Source: Squalus acanthias (taxonomy: Eukaryota). Taken from it: a stretch of 64,000 nucleotides of DNA. Numbering within the stretch: the first letter of the stretch is position 1; each line of letters begins with the position of its first letter. Under the pieces are notes generated by a model, which was not told where the DNA came from, did no database searches, and saw only the letters and a list, made by a program, of their open reading frames with translations. Location of the stretch: assembly GCA_030390025.1 (NCBI GenBank), contig CM059438.1, forward strand, positions 62,002,001-62,066,000, written 5' to 3'. The translations under genes and the position numbers were made by a program. Below are positions 12,099 to 24,535 of this stretch, piece after piece.

Positions 12099-13332
12099 TA
12101 AAACATGTTATCTGGTCATTTATCACATTGTTGTTTGTGGGATCTTTGGTTGCCACATTTCCTACATTACAACAGTGATTACACTTTAAAAGTACATAAT
12201 TGGCTGTAAAGTGCTTTGGGACGTCCTGAGGTCGTGAAAGGTGCTGTTAAAATACAAGTCTTTCATTTCTTTTTTTCCTTCTATCTGTCGTGACTGTGGC
12301 TGTTCAATTTACTGCCTGCATGTGGATTTGGGTTAATTCCTTTGCTCTGGCAACAGCTGTTGGTATGGGCGGTGATAAGTGTTCTTGATGTTGAAGACAG
12401 CTCGATAATTGTGATAATCTGCCATCAATGACTAGGAAATTCACAGTTCATTCTGTGTAATCCCCGCTCCCAGTGTAACATGTACATAAATGAGCATTAT
12501 CTGCTTCTTCAGTAAGCCTCTAACCTTGGCACTAACTATTTGCTGATTTTGAGACTAGGTTTATATCCTAAAGAACGAGACAAAATGGAAGAACAATCTT
12601 TTCCCAGTTGTAGCAAAATCACAATTACAATTTTTGCACCGAGCGCACAAGAAATCTACCACCCTAATGGTCTATTCCAGTGTTGCCCAATACGTTAGCT
12701 ACTGTGGTGAATTGGGGATCTAGATGTGGTGAATTGCATTCCTGATTAGTACAAAAAAATGATGAGTGGACACCATTGTAGACCATGTGATCTCAGTAGT
12801 CATATTCGCACAGTATATACATGTGCACTTTAACCTTTTTGTGCATTTGTTGGTAAAATGGTAAGATAAAAGCAGAGTGTGCTAGTTTTGTTTGATCGTT
12901 GTGAGTTTTACTTCCTTGGTACTGAACTGTGGTAGATGGTAAGTAAATATACACTTGAAGTACGTTTAAATGTATTGTGAGTTAATTAGGCGTTTTCTAC
13001 TAGTGAGTGCAGGTGGCTAAAACGGTGTCACTGTAGCCACATCTACTTCTGTTGGGTGACCCTGCTTTATGGAGCATGTAACGGATGTATAATGTAATGT
13101 AGTCAGATGGCATTTGGTTAGTTCTGTGTGTGTGTGTAGTGGGGGGAGAAGCATGCTGGCTGGTGCACACAGTGTGGAGTAGTAGAAAATAGTATTTGTT
13201 TTTCCTAATAACGGACTTTAAGGAAATGGATGTTGTACGAAAGATTAAATCATTGTAACTGGAGCTGTGGAGTGCATGTTCTGGCCAATTTATGAAAATG
13301 AGCTTCAATTTAAAAAGAAGTTTCTGTTACAT

Positions 13333-13445
13333 CTTTCCCACATTACAACAGTGACTCCACTTCAAAAAGTACTTCATTGGCTGTAAAGCGCTTTTGAGAC
13401 GTCTGGTGGTCGTGAAAGGCGCTTTATAAATCGAAATCTTTCTTT
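13333..13445 (+). mobile_element. SINE 3' tail fragment
   Basis: CATTACAACAGTGAC..AGTACTTCATTGGCTGTAAAGCGCTTT, as in the other copies. Confidence 0.8.
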
Positions 13446-14105
13446 CTTCTTACATACTATGTGAATCAACGTGGGATTTTCTTTTTATATATAAGATTCT
13501 GGGATTCTCCACAGGCTCCCTGAGCTTCTTGTGTCATACTGAGCCGTACAGGATAGTGTAGGTTTGATCCCCAGTGTGGTCAGTTAGCTAGTTTCAGCCA
13601 CGGCAGGTGTTGTGGTCATAAAATTGACCTCCGATTCAGGGTATCTACTGGAAACGCATTGCGTGCAGACAGGCTCAGCTGAGGGATTCCGAATGGCCCA
13701 GTAGCCTGCCATTGCTCACTGTCCAGGCCTGCACATGAAGTTACCAGAGGAGTGCTCAAGGAGCCTTATCCCCGATATGCGTTACTATTCTTGAGGGGAG
13801 AAAATGGGAAGATAAACTGTAACTGGTATGAAATGTTGTAAAGGAGAACTGATAAATTCCTGCCATAGTTGAGGATGTACGTATGTACATTGCATGAACA
13901 ACACTGTTAGTCTTAGAAATATTCACAAGTAAATCTTTGATAGAATACCTGATAAAGGAAAGGTGTAAATATTTTTTCAAGTCATACAGATTATTCAGCG
14001 TTTGGACTGTGCCATGTCTTAGTTTACTGTCAGTGCCATGTAACTTAGTTTTATTCAGAACCAATTACTCATTTTAATTGTCTGCTTTCTGTTTCTTTGG
14101 TCCAG

Positions 14106-14143
14106 ATGTGTTGAAGGAGCCGGATGGCTGTGTAACCTCTGAG
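14106..14143 (+). CDS. PNPLA7: Candidate upstream PNPLA7 exon (VLKEPDGCVTSE)
   Basis: Strong polypyrimidine-CAG acceptor and GAG|GTAATT donor. Frame open into exon 16409, but no in-frame ATG. Confidence 0.35.
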
Positions 14144-15132
14144 GTAATTCATCTGTTTCTCTACACTTCATCAACGTGCATGGTAACTGCAGCGCCCGTA
14201 GTAATCTTTCCAACACTGGGTGCATGCTATCATTTGTCGTTCTGCATCCTGGGGGTAGAATGACATCAGTGTGGCTGGCTCATGCTCAGTACAGTAACTT
14301 TGCCGTCTGAATTGAACCAGGCATGTTCTGTGAAATGAGAATTTTGTAGGGTGTTGTATCTGCTACAGAGTTCGAGCCTATTATAGTGGTGTCAACCCAA
14401 CCAGAATGTATCTAGTGGCCTCCTTGTGCTCAATAGGAGTGTGTAAAGAGATGTTCTAAAGTTAGGAGAAGCAATGGCAATGCAACTCCCTTGTTCGTTT
14501 TTAAGGGAGTTGGGTGTAACAGATTCCCCATTATTGGGTTTTTCTACGGAATATGTAACTTGTTCTGCTTGTGAAGAAGAAACTGCTGACTTCTAACTTC
14601 CTAAATCTGCACTTCTCTATTTTTAGAGTTGTCATGAATGTTGTAGATATCATTCCACATATAGCCAAGAGACAAGGTTAGGGGTGGGAGAAATTGTTGC
14701 CCTAACAGTAGTACAAGTATTTCAGGCTTTGAGTTAAGTTACTGATCTGAGTTCTCAGACAGGTTACTGAGTAACCTCTCCCCCGGCCATCCTCCAAAAT
14801 GGTCAGGCGGCGTGACTGGAGAATGTAGTTTAGAACTTCACTGCACAAGCTCCTATTGACTAGTAATGGGACTGTGAAAAGGCAGGAAGCTGTTGTTTTC
14901 AGTGGAACTGGTAGCCTGAATGTCCTCTGTGAACTGGTCATTCAATGGCTTAAGAATTTCCACAAATGGTTAACTTTCATTTTAACAATTTTTCCAAAAA
15001 TAAAACAAATGCCTGAGAACTTGAACTTAAAGCAGAGGTGAAAAGTAGCGAGGGAAGTAGTGGAGGGAAAGTACTGGGGGTAATTGGAAAACTTAAACTT
15101 CAAAGGAAAGGTTCCACGTTAAAGAAACTTGT

Positions 15133-15680
15133 CACGCCATTGAAGTGCAGTGACTTGCTTTGTAGGCAAATGCAAGAGCCATTCTGCAACAGCAACATCC
15201 CACGAACAGTAATGAGGCGCATGAACAGTTGGTGAAACTGGTTGTGGGAGGAATGTTGACCAAGGCACTCTGAGAACTTGCTCTTTGAACAGTGCTGTGG
15301 GATCTTTAACATCCATTTGGACAAGCAGACTAGGGGCGAAGCTTTCAACTTCAGCGGTGGCGTGAAAAGGGCGGCAGCGGATCGGCCGCTCGTTGTACAT
15401 CCTGCCCGATTTTCTTTTCCATTAAAGTCAATAGAAAGGAAAATCGGGCGGGACGTATAATGTGCGGCCGATCCTCTACCGCCCGATTTATACTCCAGCC
15501 AAAGTTGAAAGTTTTGCCCTAGATCGTAGTAGGGAGTCTCATCTTAAGGATGGCGCTTCTGAGAATGAAGCAGTCCCTTAGCACTGCACTAGAGTGTCAT
15601 CCCAGGCTATGCACTCAAATCTGGGTTGGGACTCGAACCCAAAGGTTTCTAATCCAGAGGCTACCAATTAAGCCAAGGTG
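15133..15680 (-). mobile_element. Deu-type SINE, antisense, interrupted by a MITE
   Basis: Reverse complement of the SINE core and head (GGGATCTTTAACATCCA, GGGACTCGAACCC). Confidence 0.75.
15334..15519. mobile_element. Hairpin MITE
   Basis: Self-complementary along its length (CTTTCAACTT/AAGTTGAAAG, GGATCGGCCGC/GCGGCCGATCC, GCCCGATTTTC/GAAAATCGGGC) and flanked by TAG/TAG. Confidence 0.85.
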
Positions 15681-15737
15681 ACATCGAATTTCTGAGGAGA
15701 AGTCCTATTGAAAGAGATCTTGCTGCCTGATTGTCAT

Positions 15738-16172
15738 TGCCAGCTTGACTCAGTAGTGACACTCTAGCCTCTGGATCAGAAGGTCATGGGTTCAACCCCA
15801 CTTCAGGACACAGTGTAGGCTGACACTTCAGCGCCGTACTGAACGATTGCTGCATTGTCAGAAGTGCCGTCTTTTGGATGAGATGTTAAAGCTCTGACAA
15901 TGCAGCAATCCTTTCGTACTGCCCTGAAGTCTCAGCCTGTTCAGCTGGCACTACTTGAAGAAGAGCAGGAGAGTGAATAACATTTATCATTCAACCTACA
16001 CCACCAAAACCCATAAACTGGCCATTTACATCATTGCTGTTTGAGGGGACTTTGCTGTGCATAAATTGGGTGCTGTGTTTGCCTAAATAACAGTGACTAC
16101 ATTTTTAATTGGCTGTGAAGCACTTTGGGATGTTCTGAGGATGTAAAAGGTGCTATATAAATGCAAGTTCTT
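15738..16172 (+). mobile_element. Deu-type SINE with internal inverted duplication
   Basis: Head, core and tail (AAGGTGCTATATAAATGCAAGT) are present. Confidence 0.8.
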
Positions 16173-16408
16173 TGATGTTACCCCAGTACATCTGTTCCTT
16201 ACCAGCTGCCTTAAATGAATATCAGGGCTCAGCAGAGGCACCTGTAAACAAAGAAACTGCAAAAAAAAAAGTTATTTGAGTCCAGTGAAAAACTCTGCAG
16301 GTCAGAATCTATGGCGCCTTCCTGCTCAATTATTGCAAAAATTGAAATGAATAAAACATTTGTGAATTTTTTTTTATGAGTAAGTATTTTTTGCATTGTG
16401 TGTCACAG

Positions 16409-16483
16409 GTTGGGATGCCAATCAGTGGGGATCTTCCTGTATTACTACAACAGTTTGTGGAGGACAAAATTCAGACCACGATG
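16409..16483 (+). CDS. PNPLA7: PNPLA7 exon (VGMPISGDLPVLLQQFVEDKIQTTM)
   Basis: CAG|...ATG|GTATGT, 75 nt, phase 0/0, in frame with the TM exon. Same length and terminal TM residues as the optional 25-aa segment I recall in human PNPLA7. Confidence 0.75.
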
Positions 16484-17769
16484 GTATGTAAATGCAGCCG
16501 CCTGACTTGCGGGAGGGAAAGAGTGGACTTTGCGTCCCACGTTTTGTGTTTGTTCCCTTGTATTATTTATAGAATCTTACAACACCGAAGGAGACCATTC
16601 TGCCCATCATGGCTGTGCCGGCTCTTTGAAAGAGCTATCCAATCAGTCCCACTCCCCAATTCTCTTTTGAAAGTTACTATTGAATCTGCTTCCACCACCC
16701 TTTCAGACAGTGCAGATCATAACCGCTCGCTGCGCAAATTTTTTTTTTCCTCATCAGCCCCCTGGCTTTTTTTGCCAATTATTTCAAATCTGTGCCCTCT
16801 CGTTACTGACCGTCCTGCCAGTGGAAACTCTTTCTCCCGTCAAAACCACTCATGTGAGCACCTTGCCCCAAGGCTTTATCATTCAATCAGGTGGGTGAGA
16901 TGGTCTGGTCTCCGGGCTAGTCTACGTGAACCACTCTGTGATTGTGATTGGTTGGTCTGAAGGTGCGATCTTTCTGACGTCACTATAACAGAGTAAAGTT
17001 TCTCTGACAAGCTGGAGTGCTGCAGTCAGTGATCTTGGGCTGCCACTGACTAGGTGGAACTAGAATGTGATCTATTCAAGGGAAGAATATTTTTGTCTAC
17101 TTTCCCTTCAAAACAAAATAATTCCGCTGCATTCAGAAACCAGAAAACGTCTCCTTCAGTAGGCTCAGCGGAATTATAAAACCAGCATAGACACTGCTGA
17201 ATTGTATTTTTAAACCAGGACTGTATTTTCTACCTGGCAGTCAATCGGCATTAAAATGAGTGGGAGGTGGAAAAGCATTCCCAAAATATCCACTCTGGAA
17301 TCCCGAAGGAGAGGAGTGAAGAGGCAGGTAGGATTCTAGGTAATATTTTTAGGAGCTCCAGAAACACAGCAGCCTCCCCAGCCCCCCCCCCCCAATCCGT
17401 GCTGTCATTTCTATGTAACGTGGCTGGGTACATGCCCTTCATACAAGTACCCAAAGGTTTGCATGTCTTACCTGCCTGAAATAATGATTGGTTACTCTTG
17501 TTTATTCGGCCTGAAGTAGAGCACAGGCCTCTGGTGACACTGTCATTTGGGACATATCATGATACCACGTCAGAGCTTGAATGGAGTATCTGTGATTGTT
17601 TTCCATTGCAGTGTGCCTGTCCACTATTTGCAGGTACTGGATTTGAAGTTAGTGCTAACGACTGAGCAGTTTAGTATTTAAACCACCAGGTGGCAGATTA
17701 ATAAGAGAGATTGTTTTAACAGTGAAATTAAGTGAATTATCCTCATTTCCACATTTTTCACGATCTGGA

Positions 17770-19215
17770 ACTGTACCCATGGATTGGAGGGTAGCTAATG
17801 TTACCCCACTATTCAAAAAGGGTGGTAGAGAGAAAGCGGGGAATTAAGCCTGACATCAGTAGTGGGGAAAATGCTAGAGTCCATTATAAAGGATGTAATA
17901 GCTGAGCACTTGGAAAAACAGTGACAGGATCGGACAAAGTCAACATGGATTTACAAAAGGTAAATCGTGCTTGACTAATCTACTGGAAGTTTTTGAGAAT
18001 GTAACTGGGAAAATAGATAAGGGAGAACCAGTAGATGTGGTGTATTTGGGCTTTCGATAAGGTCCCGCATAAGAGATTAGCGTGTAAAGTTAAGGCACAT
18101 GGGATTGGGGGCAAGGTATTGACTTGGATAGAGAACTGGTTGGCGGACAGAAAGCAGAGAGTAGGAATTAACGGGTCTTTTTCCGAGTGGCATGCAGTGA
18201 CTAGTGGGGTACCGCAGGGTTCGGTCCTTGGACCCCAGCTATTCACAATATACATTAATGATCTGGATAAGGGAACTAAATGTAATATCTCCAAGTTTGC
18301 AGATGACACAAAGCTGGGTGGGCGTGTGTGCTCCGAGGAGGATACTGAGAAACTCCAGGATGAGTTGGACAGGTTGGGTGAGTGGGCAGAAGCGTGGCAG
18401 ATGCAATATAACGTGGATAAATGCGAGGTTATCCACTTTGGTGTCAAAAACAGAAAGGCAGACTATTTTCTGAATGGCAATAGATTGGGAGAAGGGGAAG
18501 TGCAACGAGACCTGGGTGTCCTTGTGCACCAGTCGCTGAAGGTAAGCATGCAGGTGCAGCAGGCGGTGAAGAAGGCAAATGGTATGTTGGCCTTCATAGC
18601 GAAAGGGTTTGAGTATAGGAACAGGGATGTCCTGCTGCAGTTGTACAGGGCCTTGGTGAGACCACACCTTGAGTACTGTGTGCAGTTTTGGTCGCCTTAT
18701 CTGAGGAAGGATGTTCTTGCCATGGAAGGAGTTCAGCGAAGATTCACAAGGCTGATACCTGGGATGGCAGGATTGACATATGAGGAGAGATTGGGTCGAT
18801 TTGGCTTATACTCGCTGGAGTATAGAAGAATGAGAGGGGATCTCATCGAAACATATAAAATTCTGACACGTCTGGACAAACTAGATGCAGGAAGAATGTT
18901 CCCGATGGTCAGAGAGTCCAGAACCAGGGGTCATAATCTAAGGATAAGGGGTAAGCCATTTAGGACAGAAATGAGGAAGAATTTCTTCACCCAGAGAGTG
19001 GTGAACCTGTGGAATTCTCTACCACAGAAGGTAGTTGAGGCCAAGTCATTAAATATATTCAAGAATGAGTTAGATATATTTCTTAAAGCTAAAGGTATCA
19101 AGGGATATGGGGAGAAGGCAGGTACAGGGTACTGAGTTTGGATGATCAGCCATGATCTCATCGAATGGCAGAGCAGGCTCGAGGGGCCGAATGGCCTACT
19201 CCTATCTTCTATGTT
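17770..19215 (+). mobile_element. 5'-truncated CR1 LINE
   Basis: 366-aa RT/C-terminal ORF 18035-19135 and 3' tail GAGGGGCCGAATGGCCTACTCCT. Confidence 0.96.
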
Positions 19216-20159
19216 TCTATATTTCAATTAATTTTCCTGTGCCACCTGCTCCTTGCTTCTCTTCCTGGCCTCCTTCCTCCTCTCCCCAGTTGCCTTTTCT
19301 TTCCCACTTAGCCCGATCCAAATGCCGCAACAAGTTAGTGCTGCTTTTGCTGTGAGACAGCTCAGCGAATGCTGCTGGGAAGTTTGGGTCATCGAGCCTT
19401 ATCTGTAGGATTAAAAATAGAAGTGACGTGGTTGGATCAGTTTCATAGCACAAAGGAGGCCGGGGGTAATATCTGCTTCCTAATAGCATTCCCTAAAATG
19501 TGCGTGTGTTCCTGCTCAAAGCCGGGAGGAACAGCAGTGCTTTATGAAGCAGATGGGAGGGAGTGGGGAGGACGACGGCGGCATCTCATTCAGCAGGTGA
19601 TCCACATCCCTACCAGCAGTGAGCCTGGAATCTGACGGTGCCTGCCCGTGTCGAGCCTTTGGACACCCACACTGTATTTTACATCAAATTCAATCCAGGG
19701 TTTACTCTTTACAATTGAGCTGTATCTCATAAATAGAAAATACACATTGAGGTTAGATAAGTACAGTATATCGAAATGTGTGGACTCACTGAATAATAGT
19801 TATGAGAGTGTTAGAACCGTTAGGTTTCCTCAGAAGATAAATATTATATCCTGTGCAACCCAGGCATATATTCCATTTATATTAAGGCACTTATCAACAT
19901 CCATGATGGTTTTCAATAACCTTTGAACACTTAATTAGGGACTGGTTGCGAATTGGCCTGCAGTCAGGTTGGATGATGCTTGCATGGGTAGACATCATGT
20001 CGGTCTGTTACAGGTTTAAACATGGAAATAGTAAGCACTTGAGTGTGGGTCAAGTGATGCTGGTGAGAGGGCACCAAGTGTGGAAAAAGAACATGGTAGT
20101 ACTTATTTGTGATGTCGACAGAGCTCAGATATTTGGACTAAGCTGATTACAAATAGATT

Positions 20160-20945
20160 TGTGATGCATTTTGGAAGGAAGAATGAGGAGAGGCAATATA
20201 AACTAAATGGTACAAGTTTAAAGGGGGTGCAGGAACAGAGAGACCTGGGAGTTCACACACACACACAAATCTTTGAAGGTGGCAGGACAAGTCAATAAGG
20301 CTGTTTTTTTTTAAAAAAAGCATACGGGACCTTGGGCTTTATAAATAGAGACAGAGTATAAAAACAAGGAAGTTACCTTCATAAATCACTGCTTAGACCT
20401 CAGGTGGAGTATTGTGTCCAATTCTGGACACCACACTTTAGGAATGTCAAGGCCTTGGAGAGGATGCAGAAGAGGTTTACTAGAATGTTATCAGGGATGA
20501 GGGACTTCAGTTATGTGGAAGACTGGTGAAGCCGAGATTGTTCTCCTAAAATCAGAGGAGGTAAAGGTGAGATTTAATTGAGGTGTTCAGTATTCTGAAG
20601 GGTTTTGATAGGGTAGATGGGGAGAAACGGTTTCCACTGGCAGGCGGATTGATAACCAGAGGACATAGATTGAAGATAATTGGCAAAAGAACCAGGGGGA
20701 CTTGAGAATATTTTTTATGCAGCGTGTTATTATGGTCTGGAATGCGCTGCCTGAATGGGTGGTGGAAGCAGATTCAGTAGTAACTTTTAAAAGGGAATTG
20801 GATAAATACTTCAAAAGGAAAAATTTTGCAGGGCTATGGGGAAAGAGCAGGGGAAGTGGGATTAACTGGCAGCTCTTTCAAAGAGCCAGCACAGGCACGA
20901 TGGACCGAATGGCCTCCTCTTGTGTTGTAAAATTCTATGATTTGA
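20160..20945 (+). mobile_element. Degraded CR1 3' fragment
   Basis: FFMQRVIMVWNALPEWVVEA peptide and CR1 tail. Confidence 0.9.
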
Positions 20946-21004
20946 GTTTACCACGTGCTCCATATTAGTAAAATTGAAAGATGTTTTTTTAAAACAAAAC
21001 TTTT

Positions 21005-21320
21005 GAAGCTCTCTTGGTCCAGTGGGTAAAGGTACTACACAGTGTGGTGTCAAGTCATACAGGCTAGAATGTTTTGGTTTTAATCTCCAGTTTGTGCTGT
21101 ATTAGCTAATCTCAACTAGGGTTGCTGTTGGCATGCTACTCTTGACCTCCGTGTTCCTGATTACTATGCAAAGTACATATGTGTGAGCACTGAGGAAAAC
21201 GAGACTGGGCTATCTTGTGATGCCCCACTTGGTTGAATAGATTGCCAATACCCATTTTCTAGGCTGACGTGGACAGCTGTCACTTGAGTGAGGTATTGGA
21301 TGGTAGACAGTACTCATGGA
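21005..21320 (+). mobile_element. Old SINE-like repeat; related copies at ~13540-13740, 39610-39990, 47620-47990(-), 59520-59815(-)
   Basis: Shared motifs TTAGCTAATCTC, GTTCCTG and GAGGA(C/A)A.GA(T/C)TGG.CT...TGTGAT between copies. Strongly diverged. Confidence 0.5.
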
Positions 21321-21620
21321 ATCCGAGGGATTACTCCATGACCCCGCGCTCCCAGGCGAAAAGCTGCGCTCGAAAGGAGCACGGATCAGAGATAGAGCTA
21401 CAAGGTCATAGCCTCGATTCTCGGACTCTTGCTCCCTGAGAGTGTGGGGTCGTGCAATGAGCTTTCTATTTCTGTCATGAAGTGGGGGGAAAATTGGCTG
21501 GGAGGGAGAAGATGACCAATAAGCAAAATCAAGTAATGGTGTAGTGGAAAATTACAGTTGCGTTGATGTAAATGAGGCGACAAAGTGTACTTTTTAGTAT
21601 TCTTTCCTTTGTTTCTCCAG

Positions 21621-21708
21621 CTGACGGGGATGATGATTGGAGCACTTGCTGCCATTCTTATCGTAGCAATCATTGTGTTTTTCATCTACAGAAGAGTGAA
21701 ACAGTCAA
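21621..21708 (+). CDS. PNPLA7: PNPLA7 transmembrane-anchor exon (LTGMMIGALAAILIVAIIVFFIYRRVKQS)
   Basis: TTTCTCCAG acceptor, GTAAGT donor, 88 nt, phase 0/1. Hydrophobic helix followed by basic residues. Confidence 0.93.
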
Positions 21709-21831
21709 GTAAGTATATTCCAGATTAGTCAGCTAACTGAATAATTTGAGGTACCAACATACTGTGCCACCCAGTCCCCATCAAATCCCTTCTAACCTCG
21801 CTTCAAAAGTAAAAGTCCCCCCATATCATGG

Positions 21832-22262
21832 TGTCAGCTGTGGCTCAGTTGGTAGCACACTCGCCTCCGAGTCAGAAGGTTGTGGGTTCAAGTCCCACTC
21901 CAGGGACCTGAGCACACAAAGCTAGGTTGACACTCCAGTGCAGTGCTGAGGGAGTGCTGCACTGCCGGAAGTGCCGTCTCTCAGGTGGACGTAAAAGATC
22001 CCATGGCACTATTTCGAAGAAGAGCAGGGGAGTTATCCCCGGTGTCCTGGCCAATATTTATCCCTCAATCAACATAACAAGAACAGATTATCTGGCCATT
22101 ATCACATTGCTGTTTGTGGGAGCTTGCTGTGCGCAAATTGGCTGCTGCGTTTCCCACATTATAACGATGACTACACTCCAAAAGTACTTCATTGGCTGTA
22201 AAGTGCTTTGAGACATCCGGTGGTCGTGAAAGGCGCCATATAAATGCAAATCTTTCTTTCTA
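21832..22262 (+). mobile_element. Near full-length Deu-type tRNA SINE (SacSINE1-like)
   Basis: A box TGGCTCAGTTGG, B box GGTTCAAGTCC, conserved core, L2-like tail and (TCTT)n end. Confidence 0.9.
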
Positions 22263-23268
22263 TCTTCATATCAACGCAAGATTTTATTTTTAAAGTCCGT
22301 AAACTTTTATTAATTTTCTTCCTTACAGGACACGATTGTGGAACAATGCACTGTATTTGCAGGCAGATGTACCATCTACCATCATGTGACAGAGCAGCAG
22401 TAGTTAGACGATACACATGCTTCACCCCGTCATGTTAGGGGTTGGTAGCGTACTCTGAGCTATGACCAGGAAATCCGCTATCGCGCAGACTAATAAAGAC
22501 CAGTGAGAAAGCCCACCGTTGTTGCCTAGGTGTTGTTTCTTCCTTGTAGTAGACTATGAGTCGCCCCAAGTTTGCTCAGATATTAATACTCAACAGGTTC
22601 TGACCCTTCTAGCCTGACTGGGTAAAGAAGAGAAAAGCTATTGGTGAAGAGCCAGTTTCTTTCTTCCCACCCATCAGCTTCGCTGCCTTGCAGTAATTTT
22701 TGTTCTGCCTGTTTAGAGCTGATATTGGCTCTTTAGCGGGGCTATTGTGGGCCCTAAGAATATCTACAATTATGTGGAACCAATAGGTCAATGTGCTGGT
22801 AAGGTGAGTCCCCAATAGTCATCTGCCTGCAGGCAGAACATTAAATAGGACAGATTGTCCATGCTGAATATAATCATCATTAGAGGACCGACCCAAGGGA
22901 TTTGGATTTAAATAAGATTAACTTTTGAGGATAAGGGAGGAATTAGCTTAAATAGTTCGGGAGAAATTATTACTTGGTAAATCTATGGGCCAACAGTGGA
23001 ATCTCTCCAAGATAGTAATTAGATTATGAAACAAGTATACACCCGCCCCCCAAAAGGGGAGATTTTGATATGACACAACCATGGCCTATGAGAACAGCCA
23101 AGACCAGTATTAAACTAAAGGAGAAGGCTTATGTGAGGATGAAGAAAAGGGCAAACATGAAGACGGGGAAGGTTATGGTAAACAACAAAATGAAATTATG
23201 ATAATGAGGCCAAAGAATAGATATGGAAAAAAACTTACAGTATCAAAGGTAATAGAGGTCTTTAAATA

Positions 23269-23727
23269 CAGTTCCCACTGCTTATAGTGGGCGTGCTTGT
23301 GCGAATGCAATTTGCCCGCTATACGCGATGGCCGGTACATTGTGGTAACGCTATTACAGTACGCTACCGTATACAAGAATGTTCCTTCAGTGTAGTGACC
23401 TTTTGTCCTGTTGTTTCCAGCTTCACTCTGACCTGCAGCTTTATTTAAACTCCAATCAGCGCTTAGTATAAACTATAACCCTTAGAAGGGAATAGAAGGG
23501 TTCAAGTACACTAAAGGTAATCGAACATTAAACAAGGTGTTATTTACTTACTTATATTTGTTCTGCATTCAGTGCACCTTAACGAGCTGATTCTGCCCAA
23601 AATAAACGGAGCACTTAAGCTATAACCGGCCACTTTGAATTTGACATCAATGCAAATGGTTATCGCCTTTTGGCCGATGTAAGCGACTGCCCGTTTTAAT
23701 CGTGGACATTTTAAGTGGTGGGGACTG
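23269..23727. mobile_element. Tc1/pogo (Tigger-like) non-autonomous element
   Basis: TA|CAGTTCCCACTGCTTA ... TAAGTGGTGGGGACTG|CA, i.e. an imperfect TIR starting CAGT. Confidence 0.65.
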
Positions 23728-24184
23728 CAGTTGAAAAAAAAAAGTGGGAAAGGAGGAGGTGGGACATTAGAAACCGATTTAGATATGAGACATGGTGAGA
23801 TTGTTGATGAATATTTAGCTTAGGTTTTCACCATTGGAGAAAGAGGGTACGATTGCAGAGATACAGGGAAGACTAGAGATTAGTGAGGGGGAAAGGACTT
23901 GCAGGTATCAGTACAAACAGAAAAAGTGTAATGAATAAACTGTTTGGGATTGAAGACAAGTTTCCAGATCTAGACGGTTTCCACTCCAGTGTATTAAAAG
24001 AAATAAGTAAGTACATTGGGGATTTATTAGTTATAATCTTTCAAAGCTCACTGGATTTGGCGATGGGGTCATAGGAAGGTAGCAAACATTAAAACCTAAT
24101 TCAAAAAAAGAGGAAGGTACAGACCAAGTAGCTGCAGACCAGCGAGTTTAACAGTGGGGAAATTGTTAGAATCCATAATCAATA

Positions 24185-24535
24185 ACAGCAGCTTGTATTT
24201 ATATAGTGCCTTTAACATAGTAATGTTCCACGGTACTTCACAGGAACGTAATCAAACAAAATTTGACACCGAGCAACATAGAGATATTGGGACAGGTGTC
24301 CAAAAGCTTCATCAAAAGAAGTAGATTTTAAGGAGCGTCTTAAAGAAGGAGAGAGAGATGGAGAGGCATCGATGTTTAGCGTGGGAATTCCATAGCTTAG
24401 TGCTGAGGCAGCTGAAGGCACAGCTGCCAATGTTGGGGTGGAGCAAGTGGGGGATGCGTTAGAGGAGCACAGAGATCTCGGAAAGTTGTAGGGCTGGAGG
24501 ATGTTAGAGATAGGGAGGGGCGAGGCCATAGAGGG
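24185..24535 (-). mobile_element. L2 3' end fragment
   Basis: Homologous to 35553-35920. Confidence 0.85.

Larger units (their letters stand above)
11452..12272 (+). mobile_element. Deu-type tRNA SINE containing two nested insertions
   Basis: Head, core and tail are colinear with 21832-22262 once 11560-11704 and 11866-12098 are removed. Confidence 0.88.

Noticed and set aside
12586..12700. MEEQS... as the PNPLA7 start
   Set aside because: The frame closes after ~37 codons with no convincing donor.
21832..21905. tRNA gene
   Set aside because: The A/B boxes run directly into a SINE body repeated many times in the window.
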